Shown: positions 30,609 through 40,611, counted from the first letter of the stretch. The stretch is DNA of 64,000 bases from an actinobacterium SCGC AAA278-I18 (GCA_000378865.1 KB900441.1:3644-67643), one strand, 5' to 3'. Translations and numbers: made by a program. The notes: generated from the sequence alone by a model not told the origin.

Positions 30609-32652
30609 TTCCTTCTCGATCTAGATAAGGCAAAATTCCACCTAGATGCATCGGCCAACCTGAGCCAAGTAACATGCAAATATCAATCTCCTGCGGTGTT
30701 GAAACAACACCATCATCTAGCATCATCTTTGCTTCAATTGCTAATGCTTCAAGGGCTCGTCTTCTTACCTGTTCAGCTGTTGAAACCTTTGATCCCTTTT
30801 CTAACAATGCTAGCGCTGCTGGATTAACTACATTTACGCCTTGTTCATTCTTTACATAAAATGTCTTTACTCCCTCTTTAACAAAGCGCTGCATTGTTGG
30901 AGAAATTTTGTAACGAGCTCCAAGATTTTTATTTAGTGTCTCTGCCACATGCAGCGCCACCCCTGGACCAACAAGCCCTAATAACTCAAGAGATGACATT
31001 GGAAAACCTAAGGGCGCCATTGCTGCATCTGCTACCTCGTAAGGCGTTCCTTCATCCATCGCATCTGTTACCTCACCCATAAATCTGGTGAGTAATCTAT
31101 TAACTACAAATGCTGGTGCATCTTTAACAATCACCATAGTCTTCTTTAGATCCTTACCGATATTAATTGCAGTAGCAACGGTGGCATCATCAGTTTTAGT
31201 TGTTCTTGCCACCTCAAGTAGTGGCATTACCGCAACAGGATTAAAGAAGTGAAAACCAACTACCCGTTCAGGATTTTTAAGCCCTTGACTCATTGCCTCA
31301 ACTGATAATGAGGAGGTGTTAGTTGCCAAAATACACTCTGGTGTAACAATTGCCTCTAGATCCTTAAACAACTTTTGCTTTAAAGATAACTCCTCAAAGA
31401 TGGCCTCAATAACAAAATCAGCATTAGCAAAAACTTTTTGATCAACTGATCCAGATATATTTCCCAGTAATCTAGTAGCAGCCTCCGGATTTAGCCGCTT
31501 CTTATCAACTAGCTTTTGAATCTCATTTTTAATCCAAGTGATTCCCTTATCCACCCGCTCTTGATCTAAATCGGTAATTACAACTGGCACCTTTAAGTTG
31601 CGTAGCATTAGTAGGGCAAGTTGAGATGCCATCAGGCCTGCGCCAACCACACCAACCTTGGTAATTTTGCGAGCAAGTGCTGGCTTTGGAGCACCTTCAA
31701 CTTTTTTGCGCTTTTTTTGAATTAAATTAAATGCATATAAAGAGGCACGGAGTGCATCACTCATTACTAGATCTGAGAGTACTTTGGTCTCAGCAGCATA
31801 GCCGTCACGAACTGAATTACTTTGGGCCGCCTTAATTAATTCAAGGGCAGCAAGGGGAGAGGCAATCGGTGCCCCACTATATTTTTTAGCGATTCCAGCT
31901 TTTCCAGTTGCAATTGCCTTTTCAAAACCAGCACTATCCTTGCTAAAATCCTTTCGCTCAATTTTTTTCTTTCCACTTAAAATATCAGCAACAAACTTAA
32001 CTGAGTGCTCAAGAAAATCTGCTGGCTCAAATACTGCATCTACTACACCGAGTGAAAGTGCATCCTTCGCCTTCATCATCGTGTTGTTATTTAGCGCATT
32101 TAAAATAATTACCTGCACAGCATTTTCTGGGCCAATTAATTTAGGCAGAAGTGTGGCGCCACCCCAGCCAGGCACTAACCCGAGAAAACATTCTGGTAGA
32201 CCAGTGAAGGCGGTTGTAGCAAGGGTTCGGTAGTGACAATTAAGTCCAACCTCAAGCCCACCACCTAGCGCCAAGCCATTTATAAATGCAAAGGTTGGCT
32301 TCTTACTCTCATACAGTTTAAGAAATACCTCATGACCTAACTCACCAAAAGCGGTTGCAACAGATTTTTCTTTTACTGCTCCGATACCGGAGAGATCAGC
32401 TCCGGCGGCAAAGATAAATGGCTTTCCAGTTACCGCAATTGCTACTGCATCAGTTTTTTGTGCTTGATCAATTGCGCTAGCAAGTGCATTTAATGATGCT
32501 GGGCCAAAAGTATTTGGCCTGGTGTGATCTGCTCCGTTATCTAATGTAATTAAAGCTAACTCGCCATTGTGACCAAATGGAGTGAGGGAGACCATGCGTA
32601 AAATTGCATTTGTTACAACCTCATCAGGTGCGCCAGCTAAAACTTCAGCCAT
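30550..32652 (-). CDS. fadB: Fatty-acid oxidation multifunctional subunit (enoyl-CoA hydratase / 3-hydroxyacyl-CoA dehydrogenase)
   Basis: FAAGADL, ALGGGLE, GAGLM, TNTSSL, HFFNP. Confidence 0.92.
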   Translation of the reverse strand: MAEVLAGAPDEVVTNAILRMVSLTPFGHNGELALITLDNGADHTRPNTFGPASLNALASAIDQAQKTDAVAIAVTGKPFIFAAGADLSGIGAVKEKSVATAFGELGHEVFLKLYESKKPTFAFINGLALGGGLEVGLNCHYRTLATTAFTGLPECFLGLVPGWGGATLLPKLIGPENAVQVIILNALNNNTMMKAKDALSLGVVDAVFEPADFLEHSVKFVADILSGKKKIERKDFSKDSAGFEKAIATGKAGIAKKYSGAPIASPLAALELIKAAQSNSVRDGYAAETKVLSDLVMSDALRASLYAFNLIQKKRKKVEGAPKPALARKITKVGVVGAGLMASQLALLMLRNLKVPVVITDLDQERVDKGITWIKNEIQKLVDKKRLNPEAATRLLGNISGSVDQKVFANADFVIEAIFEELSLKQKLFKDLEAIVTPECILATNTSSLSVEAMSQGLKNPERVVGFHFFNPVAVMPLLEVARTTKTDDATVATAINIGKDLKKTMVIVKDAPAFVVNRLLTRFMGEVTDAMDEGTPYEVADAAMAPLGFPMSSLELLGLVGPGVALHVAETLNKNLGARYKISPTMQRFVKEGVKTFYVKNEQGVNVVNPAALALLEKGSKVSTAEQVRRRALEALAIEAKMMLDDGVVSTPQEIDICMLLGSGWPMHLGGILPYLDREGISEAVCGARFHLKGVASLP

Positions 32653-33857
32653 TACTTACTACCTTTGTAATTTGGATTCTCCCAAATAATTGTGCCACCC
32701 ATACCCAGGCCAATGCACATAGTTGTTATGCCGTATCTGACCTCTGGGTGATCCTTAAATCCATTTGCTAAATTAAGAATTAACCTAACTCCTGATGAGG
32801 CAAGTGGGTGGCCAACTGCAATGGCACCACCATAGATATTTACCCGCTTATCATCATCGGCAATGCCAAAGTGGTCAAGAAATGAAAGCACTTGAATTGC
32901 AAATGCTTCATTGACCTCAAATAATCCAATATCTGTTATATCTAAGCCAGCTTTTTTAAGCGCTTTGATTGTGCTTGGTACTGGTCCATAACCCATTATT
33001 TCTGGTTCAACACCGGCAAAGGCAAATGAAACTAACCTGGCTTTAATACTTAGATTTAATTCTTTAGCTTTACTTTCTGATGCCAAGATTGCTGCGGTTG
33101 CACCATCATTTAAACCAGCAGCATTTCCAGCAGTCACTCTGCCAGCTGCTCTAAATGGTGTCTTAAGAGCGGCAAGTGCTTCAAGTGTTGTTTGTGGCCG
33201 AGGCGGTTCATCAACTGTTGCTACTCCCCAACCAAGCTCAGCAGTTCTAGTTGCAACTGGAATTAGATCTGGTTGAATTTTATTTGCAGCATATGCTGCA
33301 GCGGTTTTTTGTTGGGAGGCTAACGCATACTTATCAGCACGCTCTTTTGTTAGGTGAGCAAATTTATCGTGCAACCGCTCAGCAGTTGCTCCCATCTGCA
33401 GGGCATCGGTATCAACTATTTTTTCCGCTAAATATCTTGGATTGGGATCCATGCCATCACCCATTGGATGATTTCCCATATGTTCAACACCACCGGCAAT
33501 TGCTAAATCATACGCACCCATATTTATGCCACCGGCAATTGTTGTTACCGCAGTTAACGCTCCAGCACACCAGCGATCAATTGAGTAGCCCGGAACTGAT
33601 TTAGGAATACCAGCTAATATCGAAACAGATCTTCCAATATTCATTCCCTGATCACCAGTTTGGGTGGCGGCCGCAATTGCCACATCATCAATTTGATCTA
33701 ACGGTAGATTTGGATTTCGATCAAGCAGGCCGCGCAAACAGCGCACCATAATGTCATCAGCTCTGGTTTGGGCGTAAAGTGAACCAGCTTTACCAAAAGG
33801 AGTTCTAACTGCATCTACTAAAACCACATTAGTTTTTGCGGTGGCATCCTTGCTCAT
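32652..33857 (-). CDS. fadA: Acetyl-CoA acyltransferase (thiolase)
   Basis: RTPFGK, DRWCAG, NEAFA, GGAIAVGHP, CIGLGMG. Confidence 0.94.
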   Translation of the reverse strand: MSKDATAKTNVVLVDAVRTPFGKAGSLYAQTRADDIMVRCLRGLLDRNPNLPLDQIDDVAIAAATQTGDQGMNIGRSVSILAGIPKSVPGYSIDRWCAGALTAVTTIAGGINMGAYDLAIAGGVEHMGNHPMGDGMDPNPRYLAEKIVDTDALQMGATAERLHDKFAHLTKERADKYALASQQKTAAAYAANKIQPDLIPVATRTAELGWGVATVDEPPRPQTTLEALAALKTPFRAAGRVTAGNAAGLNDGATAAILASESKAKELNLSIKARLVSFAFAGVEPEIMGYGPVPSTIKALKKAGLDITDIGLFEVNEAFAIQVLSFLDHFGIADDDKRVNIYGGAIAVGHPLASSGVRLILNLANGFKDHPEVRYGITTMCIGLGMGGTIIWENPNYKGSK

Positions 33858-33896
33858 TGCATTTACTCCTAGCTAATTACCTTGGTAAGGCTAGGT

Positions 33897-33908
33897 TACT
33901 CGCCAGTA
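33897..33908. promoter_or_regulatory. TACT-N4-AGTA palindrome overlapping the fadA -10 box (putative fatty-acid repressor site)
   Basis: TACTcgccAGTA; minus-strand TAACCT overlaps it; similar site at 43618-43629. Confidence 0.6.
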
Positions 33909-33925
33909 GGCAAATTGGGTAGTGG

Positions 33926-34747
33926 CTACTTAACTAGCGTGGCCATCTTTGTCAGCACCGGTTGGGTATAAAGGCGAAGTGTGATTACTAGGTATGCACC
34001 CCAAAGCAGTAACTGCATCCAAGAGGTACTTACATCAAAGCCAATAGTGCCAGCAAGAAGTGAACCGGCGATTGAATCCTTTGCCATCACCGATGAGATA
34101 TCCCAAGCAAATGCAGACTCACCAGGGATCCAACCAAGCTCTTGATACTCATGCACGCCATAGGAGAGAACCCCTGCTGCCACAATAATTAACGCCACTC
34201 CAGTTATTGTAAAAAACTTACTTAAGTTTAATTTAACTGAGCTGTTATAGATCATGTAACCAAGGCCAATTGCTAATCCAAGCCCTGCGATTAAGCCAAT
34301 AGAGGCAGCGGAGGTGGCTGCTACCGTTTTAAAATTTGTGTAAACAAATAAAGATGTCTCAAGTCCCTCGCGAGCAACTGCAAAAAAAGCAGCAGCAGCT
34401 AGTGCTAATGGCCCAGCTGTTAATGCGGTATCAACCTTGCCATGTAACTCATTTCTTAATGTTCTGGCCGCCCGCTTCATCCAAAATACCATCCAAGTAA
34501 CAAGGCCAACCGCTAAAAATGATGTGGTACCTGCAAAGAATTGCTCGCCACGAGCTGATAACTCAGCTGAGGTGAAGGTTAGAAAACCACCTAAGCCAAA
34601 GCTGGCAGCAAGGGCTAGGAAAACTCCAACCCAGATTGGTTTGAGAAGTTGGCGGCGATCAGTTTTAACAACATAGGCAACTAAGATGCCCACGATCAAA
34701 GCAGCCTCAAGCCCCTCACGAAGGGCGATTAAAAAGGTGCTTAACAT
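33926..34747 (-). CDS. efeU: FTR1/EfeU-type iron permease
   Basis: Two REGLE motifs and about 7 TMs; start 34747. Confidence 0.9.
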   Translation of the reverse strand: MLSTFLIALREGLEAALIVGILVAYVVKTDRRQLLKPIWVGVFLALAASFGLGGFLTFTSAELSARGEQFFAGTTSFLAVGLVTWMVFWMKRAARTLRNELHGKVDTALTAGPLALAAAAFFAVAREGLETSLFVYTNFKTVAATSAASIGLIAGLGLAIGLGYMIYNSSVKLNLSKFFTITGVALIIVAAGVLSYGVHEYQELGWIPGESAFAWDISSVMAKDSIAGSLLAGTIGFDVSTSWMQLLLWGAYLVITLRLYTQPVLTKMATLVK

Positions 34748-34772
34748 GGGATAACCATAAACCCAGATTATT

Positions 34773-34802
34773 GAATTACGCAACTTAAGTGTTGCGTAAT
34801 TC
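34773..34802. other. Perfect 12-bp-stem hairpin between rnd and efeU
   Basis: GAATTACGCAAC-ttaagt-GTTGCGTAATTC; no U-tract on the minus strand. Confidence 0.6.
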
Positions 34803-34811
34803 CTGTCACAA

Positions 34812-36107
34812 TTACGGCTCGCTTATCGCAACCTCAGCCTCAATTGGTTCAGCCTCTACTGGCTCGGGGATCACTACCGGCTCTATCTGACCTAAGGCGG
34901 ATGCGATTGCGCTAGCAACCTGCTCAATCTGCCAAGGCCTAGCGCCCATCTTCGCTAGCTCATTTTTTACAAAAGATTGATACTCACTACTTAATGCCGG
35001 TGGCTGTGGCCAACAGATCTTTCTTACCAACTCAGGTGTTACTAGATTTTCACTCGGCACCTTAATCTGAGCAGATAACTCAAGCAAAGCTGCTCTGGCA
35101 TGGGTTAACCTGGCATAGCCAAGTGGATTTTTCTCTTTCCAAATTTTAATGGGTGGCAGATTTTGTGATGGCACTCGAAACTCAGGTTGATCTGCAGTTG
35201 GTGTTTGTAGTGCAAGATTTAAAACATCCAACCATCGGTTAAATGGTGGTGCATCTAATCGTGTTCGCCTACCAATTAACTTCGCTACCGCCTCTAGATT
35301 ATTAGGTCGCTTTACTGCCAGATCAACAATTGCTTCATCTCCTAATGTTCGCCCTGGTGCTAGATCTAATTGCCTAGCTAATTCATCTCGGGATGCCCAA
35401 AGATCTTTAACTACTGTCATTGTTAATCTATCCCGCACCTTATGCATGCCAGAGGTGCGCCGCCAGCGATCTGGTTTTGGCAGATCTGAGAAGTTAAAAT
35501 CTTGGTAGGAGGCTAAAATTGCCGCAAAATCTGCTTGGGCCCAACTTAATTTATTTTGCTCAGTTAATAATTTTTCAACTGCATCTCTAATATCAAGCAA
35601 GATATCAACATCTAATGCAGCATATGTAATCCACTCTGGCCGCAGTGGTCTAGTTGACCAATCAACTGCTGAGTGCTCTTTAGAAAGTTGTAGTTCAAGC
35701 AAACTCTCAGCCAATGGCCCAAGTCCAACTCGCTCACAACCAGCAAGGCGGGCGCCTAACTCAGTGTCAAAAAGTAACTCTGGTTTTAAGCCAACCTCAA
35801 TTAAGCAGGGTAGATCCTGGGTACTGGCATGAATTACCCACTCATACTTCGAAAATTGCTTATTAAATTTATCCCAAAGTTTTGAAGACTTAAGTGGGAT
35901 GGGATCAATCAAATGCAGACCGCCATCTTTACGATAGATCTGAATTAGATAGGCCCGCTGGCTATATCGATAACCAGAGGCTCGCTCAGCATCTATGGCA
36001 AGCGGGCCGCTTCCTTTTAATAATTCATCAATTAATTTTTCAAACTCACCTTCATTATTTACAATTTCCGGCACACCATTACGCGGGCTAAGCAGTGGGG
36101 TACTCAT
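34812..36107 (-). CDS. rnd: Ribonuclease D (3'-5' exonuclease plus HRDC)
   Basis: AIDAERASG, HASTQDL, DTELGARL, DWSTRPL, YAALDV. Confidence 0.92.
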   Translation of the reverse strand: MSTPLLSPRNGVPEIVNNEGEFEKLIDELLKGSGPLAIDAERASGYRYSQRAYLIQIYRKDGGLHLIDPIPLKSSKLWDKFNKQFSKYEWVIHASTQDLPCLIEVGLKPELLFDTELGARLAGCERVGLGPLAESLLELQLSKEHSAVDWSTRPLRPEWITYAALDVDILLDIRDAVEKLLTEQNKLSWAQADFAAILASYQDFNFSDLPKPDRWRRTSGMHKVRDRLTMTVVKDLWASRDELARQLDLAPGRTLGDEAIVDLAVKRPNNLEAVAKLIGRRTRLDAPPFNRWLDVLNLALQTPTADQPEFRVPSQNLPPIKIWKEKNPLGYARLTHARAALLELSAQIKVPSENLVTPELVRKICWPQPPALSSEYQSFVKNELAKMGARPWQIEQVASAIASALGQIEPVVIPEPVEAEPIEAEVAISEP

Positions 36108-36120
36108 TATTTAGGTGAGT

Positions 36121-36660
36121 CTAACTATTGCGAGAGATTGAGCTAACACCCTCAGGAATTGGTTCTAATCCAGCGGTCATACCAAGCAACTCTAACCATG
36201 CACTGACATGCGATAGTAAATTCTCTCCGTTTGTTGGTGTCCAAGAGGCACGGATCTCCATCTCCGAATCCTCTTCGCGATCCTTTAAATCACCAAAGGA
36301 GGCGCTTTCAACTCTAGTAACAGTGCCACTTGGTGAAATAAATTCACAACTATTTTTCTTCAGCGCCTCAATTAACCAAGCCCAACCAATATTTGGTAGC
36401 AGTGGATCAGATGCCATCTCGGCATCAATAGCAGCTCTGGCAAAAGTTACACATCGCCACTGGCCACCCCAACCTTGCTGTCCTGCTGGATCATGTAATA
36501 AAACAAATCGGCCAGTTGCTGCATCCTCTAATACATCTGCTGTCATCGCTAGCGCATGCGGGGCAAGTTTTTGGGGTGCCGGAACCGCCTCAAGCAAGAT
36601 CTCACTACGGGTTTTCAGTGCCAAAATCGGCGCCGTTAATTGTTCAAAGCTCATTTTCAC
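36121..36660 (-). CDS. DUF3000 family protein
   Basis: APQKLAP, GRFVLLHDP, SGTVT, EIRASWTP. Confidence 0.88.
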   Translation of the reverse strand: MKMSFEQLTAPILALKTRSEILLEAVPAPQKLAPHALAMTADVLEDAATGRFVLLHDPAGQQGWGGQWRCVTFARAAIDAEMASDPLLPNIGWAWLIEALKKNSCEFISPSGTVTRVESASFGDLKDREEDSEMEIRASWTPTNGENLLSHVSAWLELLGMTAGLEPIPEGVSSISRNS

Positions 36661-36753
36661 ACCCTAAGGATAAATTGGGTATGGCTTAAGTAAGTGCAGG
36701 CGCGAGCAACTACCGATGATAAATACTATTAATCGGCACAGTAGGCTTAATTA

Positions 36754-37593
36754 ATGGCCTCATTTCTTGCTTTGTTCTCATCACTTTTATGGGGTGGTGC
36801 TGATTTTCTTGGTGGCAATCTAACTAAACGTTACAAGGCACTTGCGGTAACTGGAGTTTCACAATCATTTGGTTTGTTATTTGGATTAATCACAATTTTA
36901 TTAGGATCTGCATGGCAGATGCCAACATTAAGTTGGAGTAATTATTTTCTACCAGGTGTATTTGCCGGTGTAATGGGATTTGTGGGATTAACCGCTTTTT
37001 ATGCTGGCCTTGCAACTGGGCGAATGGGTGTGGTCTCACCGATTAGTTCCTTAAGTGTTTTAATTCCATTAAGTATCGCATTTATAAATGGTGAGAAGCC
37101 AACTACTCTGCAAATAACTGGCATGAGTGTTGCACTCGCTGGTGCATTTTGTGCAAGTGGGCCAGAGTTAAAAGGGGGTCTATCGCCTCGACCACTAATC
37201 TATGCGGTAATTGCCGCCCTTGGTTTCGGCGGTGCAATCTCATTTATTGCAGTTGGCTCAAAATCTAGTGCAATTATGACTATGACAACTATGCGATTTT
37301 CTACCTTTATTATTTCGCTACTGTTATTTGCAAAGTATAAAACAACTGGAGGTTTTTCTAAAAAGGACATACCAGTGTTAATTGGAATTGGTGCGGCTGA
37401 CTTTTTTGGAAATCTACTACTAGGAGTTGCTACAACTAAGGGTTTGGTCTCACTTGCAGTTGTGATGGGTTCATTATTTCCAATTGTCACCGCTATTTTG
37501 GCCTTTAAGTTTTTACATGAGCGGCTACATAAAGTTCAGTACTTAGGGGTGGCACTTGCCATAAGTGGTGTAATAATTATTGCGTTAAGTTAA
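36754..37593 (+). CDS. EamA/DMT family transporter
   Basis: About 10 TMs in two repeats; WGGADFLGG, LHERL. Confidence 0.88.
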   Translation: MASFLALFSSLLWGGADFLGGNLTKRYKALAVTGVSQSFGLLFGLITILLGSAWQMPTLSWSNYFLPGVFAGVMGFVGLTAFYAGLATGRMGVVSPISSLSVLIPLSIAFINGEKPTTLQITGMSVALAGAFCASGPELKGGLSPRPLIYAVIAALGFGGAISFIAVGSKSSAIMTMTTMRFSTFIISLLLFAKYKTTGGFSKKDIPVLIGIGAADFFGNLLLGVATTKGLVSLAVVMGSLFPIVTAILAFKFLHERLHKVQYLGVALAISGVIIIALS

Positions 37594-38114
37594 ACTTTTT
37601 TGTAATAGTTAAAATGGCAGCTTCCTACTTCTTGACTCTCTGCTAACTTAAAAGTAGTAGTTAGTTTTTCTACGGAAATCTGATTCTCACCAGTTTTTTC
37701 ATGGTTGATTGTTAAATATAGATAATCAATTAAGCCTTGATCAATCATCTCCTGTAGTAATTTTGGCCCAGCTTCCACCAATAGATTGATTGGTAATTTG
37801 CTATCTACGGGTGGAAAATTTCTGGCAATCTCACTTACTAAATCTGCTACCGGCATCATAAATTGTTTAACCAATTGATTTTTAGGCTGCAGCCGCAGAC
37901 TGCCGTGGGTAAGAATATAAAGAGGGATAGGGGTTCGTTTATATGGTTCGCGCCTTGCGGTATTTCCACCAATTAAAATTAAATCTGATTTGCCGCGTAG
38001 ATTGTTAAATCTGCTTCGATCCTGTGCGGTAGATAAGCCAATTGATGAGCCGCCTGCGGTAGTTGCACCATCTGATCCCACAATCAAATTAGCGGTGGTA
38101 ATAACCTCTCTCAT
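37590..38114 (-). CDS. RibD C-terminal / dihydrofolate reductase family protein
   Basis: DG...G.S, DLILIGGNTARRE, LLVEAGP, GLIDYLYLTI. Confidence 0.82.
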   Translation of the reverse strand: MREVITTANLIVGSDGATTAGGSSIGLSTAQDRSRFNNLRGKSDLILIGGNTARREPYKRTPIPLYILTHGSLRLQPKNQLVKQFMMPVADLVSEIARNFPPVDSKLPINLLVEAGPKLLQEMIDQGLIDYLYLTINHEKTGENQISVEKLTTTFKLAESQEVGSCHFNYYKKV

Positions 38115-38132
38115 GGGTAGCAGGTTAGCGAG

Positions 38133-38154
38133 TGTCAGTGGCTTCCCCTAACCT
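38133..38154 (+). promoter_or_regulatory. PafBC-type (RecA-NDp) DNA-damage promoter
   Basis: TGTCAG-N10-TAACCT, followed 7 nt later by ATG 38162. Confidence 0.7.
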
Positions 38155-38161
38155 TCTAGAC

Positions 38162-38359
38162 ATGATCATAAATTGTGATACTTGTGTAATGCGCGACATC
38201 GCCTGTGGCGATTGTGTTGTCTCGGTGCTGCTTAATATTGAGCCAGCTCCTGGAAAAAATGCTGAATTAACTAACCGTGATGAGGCTGCAATTAATCTCT
38301 TGGCAACTGCCGGACTAGTTCCACCCCTTAGATTTAAGAGGGGTATAGCTGCATCATAA
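38162..38359 (+). CDS. Small 4-Cys protein conserved in Actinobacteria
   Basis: MIINCDTCVMRDIACGDCVV...LATAGLVPPLR. Confidence 0.78.
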   Translation: MIINCDTCVMRDIACGDCVVSVLLNIEPAPGKNAELTNRDEAAINLLATAGLVPPLRFKRGIAAS

Positions 38360-38471
38360 AATGGGAAAAATTGGGTAAATACAAATAAATCACAGTAAAT
38401 TTAGAGAATTCTCAGCGCCCCACGCTTAGGTTGGGTTGAGTTAGCCTGCTTTGGATGGCTAGCCTTCCCAA

Positions 38472-39473
38472 ATGAGAAATTTACTTCGCTCTCTTTTTGC
38501 CGCCTTACTAGCAACAGCGATCTTATTTCCAATTCCTGCTCACGCTGCACAAACCTTAATTGAGGTGCAGGCAAAGGTCAGAGATCTGCAGGAGCAAGCA
38601 ACCACCGCTGCTGAGAATGCGCAAGCGGCAAAGGTGCAGTTAAATAAATTAAAGAAAACTTTAGATAGTGTGCAGCAACAGGCTACTCAGCAGGGTGCTT
38701 CAGTTAGTGAATTAAATAAAGTAATTGGTACAATCGCAGCCGAACAGTATAAATCTGGTCCACTAAGCCAATCCTTAGAGTTACTTTTTTCATCAGACCC
38801 AGCACTTTATTTATCATCAGCTGGCTCACTTGCTGCAGTTACCAGGAAGAAAACTGCTGATCTTAAGAAGTTCTCCGTTTCAACTCAGCGATTAAATGCC
38901 ACCACCTTCACAGTTTCCGATAAGTTGGCATTAGTAAAGGCGGCGGAGGCAAAGTTTACTAAACAACTTGCTTTTGCAAATGGCAAGTTACAAGAGGCAG
39001 AGGATTTGTTAGCTAAGCTAACCGCCGCAGAACGAGAGCGACTTGCTAAGCTAAATGAGGACCAAGAGAATGATGATCAGCAAAGCTCCCTTGCAGATGC
39101 TGCTAAGTATGCTGGAGTATCGGGCAGAGGCGGCGTAGCAATTAAGTATGCACTTGCCCAAATCGGTGATAAGTATGTATTTGGCGCAGATGGGCTTACC
39201 TATTGGGATTGTTCTGGTCTTACTATGCGAGCTTTCCAAGCCGCTGGTGTTTCCTTGCCACACTCATCGCGGGCACAGTATGGATATGGCAAAGCAATTA
39301 GTCGAAATGATTTATTGCCAGGTGATTTAGTATTTTTTGGTAAACCAATCTCACATGTTGCCATCTACTTAGGTGGTGATCGCATGCTGCACGCACCTCG
39401 CTCAGGCAGCCGAGTAAAGATTGCTTCATTTGATATGGGAAGAAAGCCTTATATTGGCGCACGCCGCTTATAA
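38472..39473 (+). CDS. NlpC/P60 (C40) peptidoglycan endopeptidase with coiled coil
   Basis: Signal peptide, coiled coil, DCSGLT, PGDLVFF, HVAIY. Confidence 0.93.
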   Translation: MRNLLRSLFAALLATAILFPIPAHAAQTLIEVQAKVRDLQEQATTAAENAQAAKVQLNKLKKTLDSVQQQATQQGASVSELNKVIGTIAAEQYKSGPLSQSLELLFSSDPALYLSSAGSLAAVTRKKTADLKKFSVSTQRLNATTFTVSDKLALVKAAEAKFTKQLAFANGKLQEAEDLLAKLTAAERERLAKLNEDQENDDQQSSLADAAKYAGVSGRGGVAIKYALAQIGDKYVFGADGLTYWDCSGLTMRAFQAAGVSLPHSSRAQYGYGKAISRNDLLPGDLVFFGKPISHVAIYLGGDRMLHAPRSGSRVKIASFDMGRKPYIGARRL

Positions 39474-39474
39474 G

Positions 39475-40611
39475 ATGAACAAAATTCTGTTTGTCACTAA
39501 TGATTTAGGTCCAAGAGCTGGTGGGATTGAGAGCTTTGTTTTATCTTTAGTAGAACGAGTTCCAAAGGGCTGCCTGATTATCTACACCTCAACTCAAAAA
39601 GGATCTGCCCCTTTTGATGCTCAGTTGCTAGAGAGATTTGGCGCAGTTGTAATTAGGGATCGGGCCAAGATTTTATTGCCAACTCCTAGAGTTAATCACC
39701 GCGCAGTTAAGATTTTAAAGCAGTACCAAATTAAAACAGTTTGGTTTGGCGCCGCCGCCCCTCTTGCCTTAATGGCAAAGCAATTACGCACCTCAGGTGC
39801 TACAAATATCGTAGCGCTAAGCCATGGCCATGAGATTTGGTGGGCAAAGATTCCGATATTAAAACAATTGCTAAGAAAGATCATTAACGATGTTGATCAC
39901 CTAGGTTATTTAGGGCAGTTCACAAAAGGTGAGATAGTAAAAGCTAGTAATCAAATAGATAAGTTTGTACAGATTGCACCTGGTATTGATACCGATCACT
40001 TTATGCCAAAGAGTGCTAGAGCTGATTTAATTAAAAAGTATCGCCTCGAGGATCGGCGGGTAATAGTAAGTGTTGGCAGATTAGTTCACCGCAAAGGGCA
40101 AGATAAATTAATTGAATCACTCCCTAAAATTTTGCAATCTTTTCCGGACGCGGTTTTATTGTTGATAGGTGAGGGACCAATTAAGCAGATGTTAAAAAAT
40201 ACTGCAAAACAATTAGGGGTTACTAATCAGGTTATTTTCGCCGGGCGAGTGCAACATATTGATCTGCCAGATTACATTTGTCTCGGTGAGGTATTTGCAA
40301 TGCCTGTGCGTTCTAGATTTGCTGGTCTTGAGGTGGAAGGACTTGGCATTGTTTATCTAGAGGCAAGTGCATGTGGACTTCCGGTAATAGTTGGTAACTC
40401 AGGTGGGGCTACGGACGCGGTAATTGATGGTGTTACTGGATTATTAGTTGATGGCAGCGATATTGATCAGATTGCAGATGCAGTATGTAAATTACTAACT
40501 GATCAAAGTCGTGCTAAGGCAATGGGGTTAGCAGGACGCGGCTGGGTAACAGAGAATTGGCAGATCAATACTTGGTCAGAGAAGTTTAATAAATTATTAT
40601 TGATTAATTAA
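39475..40611 (+). CDS. GT4 glycosyltransferase (PimB'-like)
   Basis: TNDLGPRAGGIE, GRLVHRKGQD, EGLGIVYLEA; start ATG 39475. Confidence 0.88.
   Translation: MNKILFVTNDLGPRAGGIESFVLSLVERVPKGCLIIYTSTQKGSAPFDAQLLERFGAVVIRDRAKILLPTPRVNHRAVKILKQYQIKTVWFGAAAPLALMAKQLRTSGATNIVALSHGHEIWWAKIPILKQLLRKIINDVDHLGYLGQFTKGEIVKASNQIDKFVQIAPGIDTDHFMPKSARADLIKKYRLEDRRVIVSVGRLVHRKGQDKLIESLPKILQSFPDAVLLLIGEGPIKQMLKNTAKQLGVTNQVIFAGRVQHIDLPDYICLGEVFAMPVRSRFAGLEVEGLGIVYLEASACGLPVIVGNSGGATDAVIDGVTGLLVDGSDIDQIADAVCKLLTDQSRAKAMGLAGRGWVTENWQINTWSEKFNKLLLIN

Noticed and set aside
34745-34766. IdeR/DtxR box at the efeU promoter
   Set aside because: Only about 10 of 19 positions match the consensus by eye
36128-36667. 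179-aa plus-strand ORF spanning the DUF3000 gene
   Set aside because: Codon-register antisense shadow with Ser/Ala-rich composition and no motifs; the minus-strand gene has family motifs and a promoter
36713-36736. Imperfect inverted repeat CCGAT...ATCGG before the EamA gene
   Set aside because: Short and mismatched, with no second occurrence to support an operator
38360-38471. Possible c-di-AMP (ydaO) riboswitch or MtrA box before the NlpC/P60 gene
   Set aside because: ydaO consensus blocks are not present in order on the sense strand; the gene looks leaderless (TAGCCT +6); the repeat match is too weak
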